A stretch of DNA of 63,635 nucleotides, the filler included, from Olpidium bornovanus S191 (lineage: Eukaryota > Fungi > Olpidiomycota): NCBI GenBank assembly GCA_017911155.1. It is 31 parts of 31 records of this genome, joined end to end, with 100 filler letters (N's around TTAATTAATTAA, not from the genome) between each part and the next. Parts side by side here need not be neighbours in the genome. Positions count along the whole stretch, not along the records: positions 9,447 to 13,117 come from JAEFCI010006026.1; positions 13,218 to 14,595 come from JAEFCI010005629.1; positions 14,696 to 16,238 come from JAEFCI010004643.1; positions 16,339 to 17,757 come from JAEFCI010004506.1; positions 17,858 to 19,069 come from JAEFCI010008336.1; positions 19,170 to 20,280 come from JAEFCI010006462.1; positions 20,381 to 21,446 come from JAEFCI010007820.1; positions 21,547 to 23,041 come from JAEFCI010009961.1; 23 more parts are not named here. One strand, written 5' to 3'. Made by a program: the position numbers and the translations under genes. This document shows, in pieces, positions 12,401 through 23,939 of the stretch (positions within the stretch are counted from its first letter, which is position 1; every line of letters begins with the position of its first letter). Below the pieces are notes generated by a model. That model had not been told where the DNA came from and did not search any database. It saw only the letters and a list, made by a program, of their open reading frames with translations.

Positions 12401-13117
12401 TGACGCGCCGGTCAGTTCCGCCTCGGTGAACGGGAAAGCCAAGCCTAGCTCTCCGCAGATGCTCGTGATGCTCCCGTAATCCGTCTCAGGACCGCTGTGT
12501 CCACGACGCTTGTCCGAGTCCGTTTGCGGCGACGTCCGGCTATCATCGCCATGTACGCGCCGTCGGATCGTTTGCAATATACGACGCAAGAGCGGCAAGT
12601 CTTCAAAAAAGGACGACAACGAAGCTTTGTCGCCCGTATGTTCGTGATCGTTGACGGCGAGGGTCGCCCACACGACGAGCCCGTCTTCGAGGTCGTACGG
12701 TGTGTGAAGCCCCGGGTCGAACCTTGGACAATGTCTGTGTGGAGTTCTACTCAGATCTGAAGAACAGTCCCCAGTGTGCGGCGGACGCGCTGCACCATGT
12801 GTCTGACCTTAACGCACTCACTACCTTCGGAATTGTCACATCGCTTCTTACTGCTGCCATGAAGCCTTCGATGATCGCGATATGCAGGGACTGCGGTAAT
12901 GCGACCGCCAGAGGTTACGAGACGTTATGTGCATCGAATTGCTGTCCGCCGACAGTACAGCGCAGTCACCTCGTAGAACGGGGATCGGTCTGCGACCATG
13001 TCTTTTACTGGTCCTTTGAGCCCTACTGAGAAGTATCCCTGGCTGCCAAGGTCGTCCATAAACGTCCACTGATCGCGTGGGAGTCGGTCGGTCAGGCCGA
13101 GTATTTTGACTGGTGCC
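9447..13117 (-). CDS. CAMSAP: CAMSAP/Patronin ortholog (CH domain, long disordered exon, coiled coil, CKK domain), both ends truncated
   Basis: CH: SLHIAIIEGFMAAVRSDVTIPKVVSALR (12808-12890) spliced to HCPRFDPGLHTPYDLEDGLVVW (from 12734). CKK: RSNRQLVRNALVHICLAGTVNTNTKEEVLEDLDGFAGDNFVILFRGTKDHAFRALYSYDAKTSE (9713-9960) spliced to VLKVYGTGPMSLTGAQVAEFYKYDSGSRSFKTVPTKSFGISVH (9447-9576). The 723-aa ORF is the middle exon. Confidence 0.9.
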
Positions 13118-13224
13118 NNNNNNNNNNNNNNNNNNNNNNNNNNNNNNNNNNNNNNNNNNNNTTAATTAATTAANNNNNNNNNNNNNNNNNNNNNNNNNNN
13201 NNNNNNNNNNNNNNNNNAAACAAC

Positions 13225-13370
13225 TGTAGGAAATAAAGGGGGAAACGCAAAGGGGGAAAAGCGACCGAGCACCGCGCACACCAAGCCCCTGTTGCCCCCT
13301 TGTAGAATCCCTAGTTCCCCGCCATATAAAATAGGCCTAGACGAGATAGAAACGCCACGCTCTGAATACA
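13225..13370 (+). mobile_element. Probable solo LTR related to the 9090 copia LTR
   Basis: TGTA...TACA ends, 146 bp; shares AAAGGGGG, GCACCGCGC(A/C)CACC and TATAAAATAGG with 9090-9242. No target-site duplication seen. Confidence 0.55.
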
Positions 13371-13713
13371 GTTCTTCCCTGCCTCCGCGCTCGCGCCGGC
13401 TTCCCTTGTTCTCCCCTTCTTTTCTCTCCCCTTCGGCTCCTGGCTCGATCAGCGGCTCCAAAATTACAATAACAACCCCTCCCCGAAACAAAGGAAAAAA
13501 AGCCATGATAACCAGTCGACTTCGGCAGACGCCGTCATCCAAAAAAGCACGCGGGCGCAGGCGCTCCGCCGAGAAAGGCTTCGGCGTTCAACCATGAGGG
13601 ACAGCGGAAAACAACAGCAACCGGATCAAACCTTAAAACGTGAACCCCCCCCCCCCCCCCGTTTCCGTCCGTCCGCGGAACAAACGCGAAAAAAAAACTT
13701 CTTTTTCCCGTTC

Positions 13714-14577
13714 TTAGTAATCGAGAACGCGTTCGATGGCGTCGAGGCACCTGTACGCGCCGGGGAGGTAAAACTTCTCGAACACGAGCGGGAACGGCGT
13801 GTCCCAGCCTGCGGCGCGCTGGATGGGGGCCTCGAGCCGGAGGAAGCACCGCTCCTGGACGGTGGCCGCGATCTCGGCGCCGACGCCGCCGGTCATTGGC
13901 GCCTCGTGGGCGATTATGAGGCGTCCTGTCTTGTTGACGGACTGGGGGTCAAAAAAAAAAAACAAAACAAAAAAAAAAAAAACGTGGCGCGGAAAATGGC
14001 CCGCGCGGGGTCGGGTCGGGTTAGATTTTTTTGCAGGGAGTTCCCGGCCAGGGTCGCCGCTGAAACAACTAGCCGAAAACGGGGCAAAAGAGAAAAAAAA
14101 AAAAAACACAAAAAAACCGCCCGCTCGTGACCGCGACACGCGCACCTTGACCACCGTCTCTTGGTCCCACGGGAGGATCGTCCTCAGGTCGATCAGCTCC
14201 ACCGTCAGGCCCGGGTGCCTCGCCTGCGCCAGCGATATGGCGTTCTCCAGGGCGTAGAGCTGAGAGCCGTAGCCCACGATCGTGACGTCCTTGCCTTCGG
14301 TGAGGACCTCCGCCTTTCCGAGTGGAAGCTCGTAGTCCGCCACGGGGACGCGCTCGACTGCGGCGTGGTAAAAACAAGAGGCTCGTAAAAGATTCGCTCG
14401 AACGGATCCGGAATTAAAACCCTCTCGTCGCCTGCGTCCGCACACCCCCTTCCCCCCCCCCCCCTTACCTGCAGCACGGTACAGGATCTTGGGCTCCATA
14501 AATATCACGGGATTCTTGTCTCGTATAGAAGCCAAAAGGATCCCCTTCGCCTGTATAGGACCGCGCGGCATCACCAC
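13714..14577 (-). CDS. BCKDHB: Branched-chain 2-oxoacid dehydrogenase E1 beta subunit, C-terminal exons
   Basis: PRGPIQAKGILLASIRDKNPVIFMEPKILYRAA|VERVPVADYELPLGKAEVL..ELIDLRTILPWD..|SVNKTGRLIIAHEAPMTGGVGAEIAATVQERCFLRLEAPIQRAAGWDTPFPLVFEKFYLP. Confidence 0.93.
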   Translation of the reverse strand: MVMPRGPIQAKGILLASIRDKNPVIFMEPKILYRAAGKGGGGKGVCGRRRREGFNSGSVRANLLRASCFYHAAVERVPVADYELPLGKAEVLTEGKDVTIVGYGSQLYALENAISLAQARHPGLTVELIDLRTILPWDQETVVKVRVSRSRAGGFFVFFFFFSFAPFSASCFSGDPGRELPAKKSNPTRPRAGHFPRHVFFFFVLFFFFDPQSVNKTGRLIIAHEAPMTGGVGAEIAATVQERCFLRLEAPIQRAAGWDTPFPLVFEKFYLPGAYRCLDAIERVLDY

Positions 14578-16399
14578 CTGAAACGGACAACCATGNNNNN
14601 NNNNNNNNNNNNNNNNNNNNNNNNNNNNNNNNNNNNNNNTTAATTAATTAANNNNNNNNNNNNNNNNNNNNNNNNNNNNNNNNNNNNNNNNNNNNCATGC
14701 GCTTCGACTGCACGGTCAAAAGCACAAACAACAGCATTTGGCCGCACTTAAGTTACTTGGTCAAGTTGGGAAACACAACGGGAGAAATCGCACTTCGGCC
14801 TGCCATACGCTGTGGTCAACATCAACGGGCTTGAAAAACTGCAGCAAGCTTCCCCCGGAGGGCGCCTGGCGTTTGCCACGGCTACCGCCTTCATTCGCCG
14901 AGCTTGACGCTTGAGAAAACAAAATCTGGTCGCCAGGTTCCGCAGTGGACCTCGCTGACTTGGAGAGAGAAACGGCTCTCGAAATCCCCGGTTTCTTCGC
15001 GGACGTGACAATTGGGGTGGACGAGGAGCCAATCTGCGCGCCATTCGGTTTCGAAGACGCTTGGTTTTCCTCACGCGTCGAAGTCGCAGGACGCCGCGCA
15101 GGTTGCGTCGACGCGTTCCCGCCTTTCTCCGGGCACCCCGCCTTCCTCTTACCCGCAGACAACCACCCATCGATGCTGTTCTCCCCGCGGCTGCAGCGGT
15201 CGCCAGTCACCGCGCCTCTCATTTTAAATTCACCGGCGACCGTCGAGCTCTGCCGGTTCCGGCCAGGGTCAGATGTCGGAGAGAAAATAGGCCGAAGTGC
15301 CCGTGCGACAGGAGTCGTTTTGGACGAATATGCGCCGCGTGCGCCCTGGGACGCAGAGGGCGAGATAGGGGCAGCGGCGGCCACAGTCGATCGGAGGCCA
15401 CGACGTGCGCCTTGAACAGGGGCGCTAGCCGCAGGCGTGGTGTCAGGTCTCCGGAGCTGTCCGTTCGCGTCCCCGGCGGGGCCGCTTCGCGAGGACGGCG
15501 TCTCCTGCCCGCGGACGTCGCGCGCGTGCACGTCAGCCCGGGAGTCGCCGCAGACGTCGCGCCGGCCCTTGAGACGTGGACCGGACGGCGGCCCTTCGCA
15601 CTCCCGCATCTATTGAGCGAGAACGGGCCAAGTTCAGGCGTCCCCGGCAGGCCGCGCGGGAGGGTGGGTTCAAACGCTCTTGGGGCCTGCGCAGAGGGTG
15701 CGAAGCGGAGGATTTCTGTTGGGCGAACGAGGGGCGGCGGTGGACGGGCCGGAGTGGAGAATTTCTTCCTCTCGGAAATGTTTGACCCCACGTACATTTT
15801 ATTGCGGTCGGTGTCGGCGCATCGATGCGCCGCCTGACGGCAGCCGGGCGATGCACAATAAACTTGTCCCTGAACCAATACTTGGGGCAAGCTGCGCCTC
15901 CGCCTCGGCTGTTCACGCGATGCTGCGGAGGAAATTTGTCTGATTTGATTGGCGGATTTGCCAATTATTCATAAGTCATTAGTCTTAAGTCTGTCGAGAA
16001 AGATTAGAAACGGGCGGAACTACAGCAGTCCCGCTCCGTGTGCAGAGCTCGAGGGCTCATAGGTGAGCACGAAGGAGGAGTCCCGGAATGGTTTTGGATG
16101 GGATACGTCGTCGGAGATCCAATTTGGCTTCAGCAATTTCGACATTTGCAAAGTCGTTTTGAATATGTACCGAGTTTACTTGCAAGTCACCAAAGATATC
16201 GAGGTCCCGAGATGCAAGTGACCACCTATAGGCCATGCNNNNNNNNNNNNNNNNNNNNNNNNNNNNNNNNNNNNNNNNNNNNTTAATTAATTAANNNNNN
16301 NNNNNNNNNNNNNNNNNNNNNNNNNNNNNNNNNNNNNNAAAAAAAAAGAAAAGTCCGACCTTGCGCTTCTTTCTTCAGCCGGAGGACTGCGCCGAACAG

Positions 16400-17530
16400 G
16401 ACGCCCCGGGCGTCGCCGGAAGTCGGCGGAACGCCGGTTTCGAGCAGCTGCGTCATGCCCACTTCATCGAGGCACCTGAGGGGAAAGCCCCCCGCCGTCA
16501 AAATTAGGAAAAGGGACCCGATCCAAACCCCGGACGGCGACTCCTTTTTTTAGGAGGGAGGGGCTTGCGCGCCCGCCTCAAGATCGCATTCAACGAAACA
16601 CGGAGAGTTGCGGGCCGATATGGGAAGGATTTTTTATTATCATTTTTTCGTTTGGCCGCCGCCAGGGATTTTCTTTTTCTCTCACCGTTTGTAATCGTCG
16701 AGCGCCGGAGACCACATCTTCCACTTCTCCGCCAGCGAGGCGCAGTTTTCCGCTTCGATTTCCGCTTCCTGCACCCGCCGCTCCAGCACGAGCCGGAGGT
16801 TGGCGATCCGCCGCACCTCCGCGGTCGCGGCTTCCCTCTCCGCGGCGACGCCCGCGACCTTGCGTTCGAGCACCTCGTTGCTGGCCCGCAACGCCCCAAT
16901 GGTGTTCTTCTGCTCGGCAGACAGGCGGCGGAGGTCGTTTAGCTGCGAGGCGAGTTCTCGGGAAAGTTTGTCGGCCGTGACGCCTATTTTTTTTCGATCG
17001 GTAGGTCAAAAAACAACCCCCCCGCGGAAAAACGGAACCCACGAGAAAAAGCGAGGGACAAATTGTGAGCACGCCGTGACGGTTGGCCGTAACTCAAGAT
17101 GCCACCGGTAAACTGCCGGAAGTTGAATGTGCAAACGTGGTCGTCCCGAAGATTTACCCTTCTCCATCATCTTCTCTGTCTCCTCTTGGTCTCTCCTCAG
17201 CTCTGCGTTCTCGGCTTCCGCCGCCTCCAGGCTTTGTTTCATTTCCTCCATGGCGTTTCGAGCCTGCTCGTTCTCTCGCACGACCTCTCGCGCGTTTTCC
17301 ACCACTCGTGCAAGCTCCGCCTTTTAATATTTATTTTTTCATTGCAAATTGTTGGTTTTTCTCAAAACCTCGGAGAGAAGATCGTCGACACCGCAAAACG
17401 TAATTTCTTGCTCCCGACGGCTTTTTGAACAATGGGAGGGCGAGGACGGGCATTGTTACCTCGAGTTTCTTGATATCTTCCTCTCCCCTGGCCAATTGCT
17501 CGTCGTACGCCTCCAGCAACGGTTCCGGGT
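16400..17530 (-). CDS. Coiled-coil protein, CEP89/CCDC123-like centriolar distal-appendage protein (partial)
   Basis: Spliced PLLEAYDEQLARGEEDIKKLE|AELARVVENAREVVRENE keeps the ungapped PLLxAY...L..E.........EVVxENE register of CEP89 as I recall it. Splice phases are consistent over three exons. Confidence 0.5.
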
Positions 17531-17857
17531 GCGCCCGGATTTCTCTCCGCTGAACGAATTATGAAGCCGGGGGTGACGAAGGCAAAAGTGGGTTCAGCTC
17601 GTTGGGCCCCGGACAGCGGGCCGCGGCAAAATGTGCTGGCTCGAACAGCAAATGGAAAAAAAAACGTTTTTTTTTGCGACCTCGGCCCTCTTAGCCAGAG
17701 ATGTTTTCGAGATGTTGTGTTCGGGGTATCGTGATTGGTAGTCGTCGACCACCATGCNNNNNNNNNNNNNNNNNNNNNNNNNNNNNNNNNNNNNNNNNNN
17801 NTTAATTAATTAANNNNNNNNNNNNNNNNNNNNNNNNNNNNNNNNNNNNNNNNNNNN

Positions 17858-18743
17858 CATCAGGAAGTTGGAGGAAAAGCGAGTTAAATCCGTCAATATA
17901 CGAATTTACGCTAGAGTACTTAGCATGTGTGTGGGTTAAAAGTCGAGATCGGATTTGTTGTTCATGTTGGCTTGGATATAAGCGCTGTCTAAGTGCCGCT
18001 CTCAACTGACTCCAGGTCTCCCAACGGCCAGGGCTCCCAGGAGGGTTTTTCTTCGTATGTGCCAACCAGAGTTGGGCGGCAGTTCTCTCCAACTTGGCAG
18101 CAGCTTGTTGGAGACGGAGGCCGTCCGGTACCATGCCTTGCAAGTAACTATCGTAAGTGTCGAATTTAGAGATAAAAATCTCTAGAGTGTTGGCACCTCA
18201 GTGCCCATCATAGGTGGGTACCTGTTGGAGTAAAGGTTTAACCATGGAGAACGAAATCACTGGTTGGTTAGGAAGATGGTTAGCGTTTTCTACGTCGATC
18301 GGTTGCCTGGCTTGGTTCGCTAGATTGGCGAAGTACGTTTCCGCCGCTGTAGGGCGGTTCTCTTGCCGACGTTGGTGCTGTGCGGCCGAGGAGACCATGG
18401 AGACCATGGACACGGAATCCCCGTTTTCGTCGTCGCTCACAGGCGTGTCTTCACGTTCACGCGGTTTTGTGTGCGGCCCCATGGCAAGAACGCCGTGGGT
18501 GGCGCCTTTAGTTTGCACTTGGAGGGATAGTTGTTGGACTAGCTGTGTTAGCATGGTCATTTGCGCGCGGTCTTCCGCGCGCTGCGCTCGCTGTTCAGCA
18601 CGTTCTGCTCGCAGTTCATCAGCGAAGTGTGCGCGTAGGAGGTCGGCGTGTCTAGCAGCCTCTTCTCCTTCATAAAGGTCTTTTTTCACGCCCACCGTGT
18701 TGGCGGACTGTAACGCTTCCCGTACCTTGCTCCCGTCCTTCAT
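17858..18743 (-). pseudogene. Ty3/gypsy gag (Retrotrans_gag-like) with one in-frame TGA at 18198-18200
   Basis: VPTYDGH*GANTLEIFISKFDTY..RWETWSQLRAALRQRLYPSQHEQQIRSRL..SSVNSYIDGFNSLFLQLPD. Confidence 0.8.
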
Positions 18744-19407
18744 CAGCGTTGTTGTGCTGTAGCACGGCCCTCAAACCGCCCGTCGACCGACGCCACGGAA
18801 GGCAGGCGGCAGGCGAAGGCGGGCGCAGGGCAAAGGGCGAAGGGCGGCGGAAGAAGGGCGCAGAGCAAAGGGCGAGAGGCGGTCGAAGGGCGGAAGCGGC
18901 GGCGGCGGGATCGAGGGCAGGACGGCCCTGGAACCCGGGGGTCGACCAATAGAATAGTCCCCCTCGAAGCCCGCCAATCGAAGAGCGCTGCCCCCCTTCC
19001 CCCCTCGAAGTCCGCCAATCGAAGGGCTTCCCCCTTGCCCCCTTCCCCCCCCAGAGCCGCACGTGGGAANNNNNNNNNNNNNNNNNNNNNNNNNNNNNNN
19101 NNNNNNNNNNNNNTTAATTAATTAANNNNNNNNNNNNNNNNNNNNNNNNNNNNNNNNNNNNNNNNNNNNCATGCTGAGTTCTGCCATTTTTTTGTTTCGC
19201 CCGCGAGGTGGTGGGCGATATTTCTTTGAGTTTACGCGTTATAGTACAACAAGTGAGAGGGTTCCGACCGCAGGCAAGACGGGTACAAATTCCTCCTTGT
19301 TATGAAGCCGGAAAGAAAAGGGTTCAAAACGCAAGAAGTGCTATGTAGTCGCAAGGTGAACGAGTTGGAGTTCCGTAACACATTGAAGAAAGCGAGAACG
19401 GGGAAGC

Positions 19408-19860
19408 ACTTTTTGTGAAAATGTCTGCGGTATTTTCGGATGTGTGAGCGGGTTTAACGGTAATGACACCTAACTACACTTGCTCACGCACAAAAAAATG
19501 CTTAATGTCGATATGCTTTGAACGATTTCCGGTTTTCTTGTTATTTGTGTCCCAATTCGATTGCACCTTGGCTGTCGACAAATATAACAGTTGGAGCCGG
19601 TGTTGTGGTTCGAGTCAGGGAGAAGCGGTTTTTTTTTTATTGAGCGCCGGTGGAGGGCTTTCTTATCGATCGGTCACGTGCCCACTTGGCATTGAATGGG
19701 GACCTACGCGGCATCGGTGCGGGAGGCGACATCGAGAGGGAGCAACGTGGCATCGGTATCAATGCAATTGGGGTCGGCATCGAAGGGAACCCGCGCGGTA
19801 TTGATGTGACGGGGACCCGCGGGGTGTCGACGGGAGGAAGTATCGACAAAGAGCAATCCA
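19408..19860 (-). pseudogene. Internally deleted Ty1/copia pol relic (Pro-rich linker plus RNase H C-terminus)
   Basis: PTVIFVDSQGAIELGH(fs)..RSKHIDIKHFFVREQV*LGVITVKPAHTSENTADIFTKS at 19408-19600, not in the ORF track. Upstream SPPAPMPRRS resembles the integrase-RT linker. Confidence 0.8.
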
Positions 19861-20230
19861 CTACACCGGAGTGAAACCGGTGTGAACAAGAATATTCGGA
19901 ATCTAATTCGCCGAGAAACCGAAACACAAAGGCGAAATAAGAGAAAAGAACGCGATAGTCGGGACGCGTAGAGGTAAATTAGTTGAGCGCGACGGCAGAA
20001 GGAGAGACTAAATGAGAAGACGTCAAGGGCAGAAGACGCATATAGAGCTGCGCCCCAAAAAATTAGAAACCCTCAAAGCAAATACACAAAGTTCATTTGT
20101 ACATTTGCACATCAAAAACTTAGTAAATATTTATTACATTGAAAACTCAATGGCTTCGCAAGTTGCGACGCTCTTACTTCCCTTCACTCCCGTTCCCCCC
20201 GTCCCGTGCCCCCCCTCCGCGCGCGGAAAT

Positions 20231-20280
20231 TGTTGAAATAAAGGGGCAAAAAATAAAGGGGGACGCTGCGCAGCGGGCAC
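20231..20280 (+). mobile_element. 5' end of a third copy of the short copia LTR family, cut by spacer
   Basis: TGTTGAAATAAAGGGGCAAAAAATAAAGGGGG..GCAC resembles the 13225 start TGTAGGAAATAAAGGGGG. Confidence 0.45.
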
Positions 20281-20739
20281 NNNNNNNNNNNNNNNNNNNN
20301 NNNNNNNNNNNNNNNNNNNNNNNNTTAATTAATTAANNNNNNNNNNNNNNNNNNNNNNNNNNNNNNNNNNNNNNNNNNNNCCCCCCCCCCCCCCCCGGTG
20401 CCCCCCCCCCCAAAAGGCTTTTTGCCCCGGCGCTTTTTAAACCGGCCCCCTTCAAAACCCCTTCCCCCCCCCCCCCCCCCCCCCTTCCCCTTTCCCTTAT
20501 CCCCCGGCACCCTTTCGCCGGTTTTTGGTTTCGGTTTTTTTTTTTTTTTTTTTGGTTTTCCGAGGGGGGAAGCTGCCGGAGACGGGCTTCCCCACCTCGG
20601 CGTCAGGCGCAGCGCTCGGGGGAAAAAGAAAAAAAAAAAAATCTATTTGTGTATCGAGGATGTGCTGCGGGCAGCACAGGTTGCGTATTATCGATACCTT
20701 CCCCCCCCCCCCCCTTCCCCCGGGGGGAAAAAGCCCCCC

Positions 20740-20775
<36 letters not shown>

Positions 20776-21185
20776 TGTGTTTGTTTGTGCGGGAGGCAAA
20801 AAGGTCACCGGGGGACGGAAGAAGGGGGAGGGGGCAAAAAAGGCAAGGGAGAAAAACGCAAAAGGGCAAAAAAGAAGGTCTCCCCCACCCCCCTTCCGGT
20901 TTCCTTGTCCGGACAAGGGGCCACGCTGCCGTGCAAAACCGGGCGAACCGGGCAAACATGGGCAAAGGGGAAGGGGGGAGGAATGGCGGCGGACCCGCAA
21001 AAAAGCTCCTTTAAGATTATTTGTTTATCTCTCTCTCTCTGTGTGTGTGCGTGTGTGTGGGGAAGAAGAACGGGGGGGGAAAAGAAAAAGGGGGGGTGGG
21101 TGGTAAAGGGGAGCCACGCGCGCGCGGGTCGGCGATTTTCGTTGCCCTCTTCGCCCCCCCCCCTCCTCCTCCTCCTCCCCCCCCG

Positions 21186-21337
21186 CCCCGGGGCCGCCGG
21201 TCGTCGGGGGGGTCGGGGGGGTCGGGGGTCGGGGTCTCTCGGACTCTCATCTCTCTCTCTGGTCTCTCTCTTTCTCGTCTCTCTCCATCTCTCTCTCTCT
21301 CTCTCTCTCCGTCTCTCCGTCTCTCTCTCTCTCACTC

Positions 21338-21380
<43 letters not shown>
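21186..21380. repeat. GGTCGGGG(G) short repeats followed by a (CT)n microsatellite
   Basis: Directly visible. Confidence 0.85.
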
Positions 21381-21383
<3 letters not shown>

Positions 21384-21563
21384 GCCCCTTTCTAATCCCC
21401 CTCCCCCTCCCCTTTTCTCTCCCTCCGTCTTCTGCGTCTTCTCCTCNNNNNNNNNNNNNNNNNNNNNNNNNNNNNNNNNNNNNNNNNNNNTTAATTAATT
21501 AANNNNNNNNNNNNNNNNNNNNNNNNNNNNNNNNNNNNNNNNNNNNTGGGGGGGCGGCGGGGA

Positions 21564-21604
<41 letters not shown>

Positions 21605-22827
21605 GTTCTTTTGTTCTTTTCCTTTTTCGCGGCCGAGTGGAGAATACAGAGAGCAGGCGGGCGATTTTGTTCAAAAACCCCAGGGGCAAAATTGGGTTTA
21701 CCCGCCCACCCACCGCCCGCCACCCCGGAAACGCCAACCGAAACCCGCCGGACACAAAAAAGAAAATCCCGGCAAAAGCAACACGCAGGTTAGCGGATTC
21801 CTTGCTTCTGAAATCGGTCTGCCCTGGCCGACCCCGGCAGGGGCACAGACGGGAGAACAGGTCGGGCAGGCGAGCAGGAAGGCGAATAATTCCGTGGGGG
21901 CCATGAAAAAGGGACCACGCCGGGGAACAGCAAACTGAGGTTTATTATTTTCAGCCGCCTTCGATGGCTCCAGTGACAAAAGTCAACGAGGGGTTTGTCG
22001 TGGTAACGACGAAGCGGCCGGCGGAACGAGCCGTCAGCCGGACATGAAGGTCAGCAGCCGCATTTGTCCCGTTTGAAAGCGAGCACGAGGCTCGGGATAG
22101 GGGGATGGATGTAATACGTGGATGGGAATGAGACGACGCCGGTGGACGACGACCTCGACCCTGGACAGTTGGGCTTCAGCCGGTGGGCCTCCTGCCCATG
22201 AAAAAAAAAAGGAATAAAAACGGTCACCGGTCACCGGCAGACAGAGGAGCTCGCGTTTCGCCTACTCCGAGCATACATGATACGTGATATGTGTATATAT
22301 CGGCAAATTTGCGTATAATATGAGCTGCAATGTCCGCAGAGCATCCACCAATTCAGCTGCGATTAAAGCATGGTTGCAAAGACTTTCAAGCTTATTTTCA
22401 TGGCTACGGAAGCGGCGGCAGTGTCGCGTGCAGAAGTTAAGATAAAGATAATGCGACCGGGAAAGGAAACTGTTTGAAATCCGCCGTATTGAATTTCCGT
22501 GGGATCTGTGCCAAACGGCTGCACATTTGCCTTGCCTCATTAGCCTTTGACGTCGGTAATTCGCAACGTTAGCGAAATTGTCCGTCTCTGTTTCATTTCT
22601 CGAAAGTACAACTCCACAGATTTTTCTTTTAATAGTAGCACGGCCAATGCCGTCAACCAAAAATACGGTTGATTTTCTGTTTTCTGGTAGTTCTACAGAA
22701 CGTCTTGCCTGTCAAAAGCTTGATATGAATGGTGGCGCGAGTTCAGACCCGCGGGATGCGTAAAGAAGGTAGGGGGGGTGGTTGATGAGGGCCTCTATCT
22801 CAGGGAGGGGAAAGGTAGAAGCGGTCA

Positions 22828-22972
22828 TTACTTCTTGACATGCGACTCAAGCATCTCTTTTGCCTCGTTTATCTTCGTCGCAAGGAACGGCGACCCGCCC
22901 CTGTCCGGGTGGTTAAGGAGCATGATTCTCCGGTGGGCCTCCTTCAGCTTGTCCTTGCGGATTCCGTGCTCG
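22828..22972 (-). CDS. PAM18: Mitochondrial import motor J-protein Pam18/Tim14 (DNAJC19-like), last exon
   Basis: After a ttccag acceptor: [47 protein letters not shown]. Not in the ORF track. Confidence 0.9.
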
Positions 22973-23141
22973 CTGGAAACAGACGACCGGCGAGAGCTTA
23001 CGCGTTCAGAACGCGGGATGAAGCCGCTTTCCGAAAAAAAANNNNNNNNNNNNNNNNNNNNNNNNNNNNNNNNNNNNNNNNNNNNTTAATTAATTAANNN
23101 NNNNNNNNNNNNNNNNNNNNNNNNNNNNNNNNNNNNNNNNN

Positions 23142-23560
23142 ATCCAGCAGACGCCAGGATACGATATCATTTTGGGGCAGCCATGGCAAGCCCGGTTGTG
23201 CTATACGAGCCAGTGGGAGGATGGCGGGACGGAGACTGGACAAGTAACTTCTTTGGACGGAGTGAAGAAAGTGCGCTTCTGTGTGGTTGATCCCGCGGAT
23301 CCCAAGCACAGGGTTTACTTTCAGCATCGTCCGACGAGAGTACCGGACGCATTGAAGGAGGAAATCAGCCAAGATGTCGAGCAGGATTTTCGGCAGGCCG
23401 CCCTCTGAGTCCCGGTTGGGGGCGGCTGGATGATGATACCAGGGGTACGGAGCGGGAACACGAGGTTGCGGTTGCCGTCGATGGCACCTACGAAGGAGAA
23501 GAGCAAGACACAAGGGTTAATACTCTATACAAGCCGGCGGGAAGTGTCGTTTTCAGGTTT
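23142..23560 (+). mobile_element. Ty3/gypsy relic: end of gag-protease ORF, candidate -1 frameshift site, start of pol
   Basis: PGYDIILGQPWQ (retropepsin C-terminal motif)..EQDFRQAAL*; GGATTTT at 23384-23390; the -1 frame runs on to RVNTLYKP (23528). Confidence 0.7.
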
Positions 23561-23939
23561 GAGTGTTTTGGTTTATTATGCGTGTTGCGATCTACGTCTG
23601 TGCGCGCTGTGCGCAGATAGGGAAGATTTTGGACTTACGCACCGGCACCCCCCCCGTAAGTCTAATACATTCTGAAGGAATTTTGGTTTGCCCGAAGTAG
23701 AAGAAGAAAAAAAAAAAGTGAGGGAGAGAGGAGAGGAAGGACGGGAGAGCGGAATTGACGAAGCGGGAAGAGCGGGATCGACGGAGGGGGAGGAAAAGCA
23801 GGATTGGTGGGGGGGACTCGCCGCGCGTTTCTCTTGACGACGACGGCGGAGCCCTCCTTTTCGAACTTCTTCTCTTGTCGAACGTCTTTCATGTGGATTC
23901 CGCTGTCGCCGGCTCTGCGCAATTTGCCCGTTTGGCGTG

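Noticed and set aside
14761-15900. DNA-repair protein with a PIP-box-like SLLQFFKP
   Set aside because: Only a short motif in low-complexity sequence; no domain recognised and the frame is ambiguous.
19600-19625. tRNA T-loop-like GGTTCGAGTC
   Set aside because: The flanks cannot form a T-stem or acceptor stem, and it abuts a copia relic.
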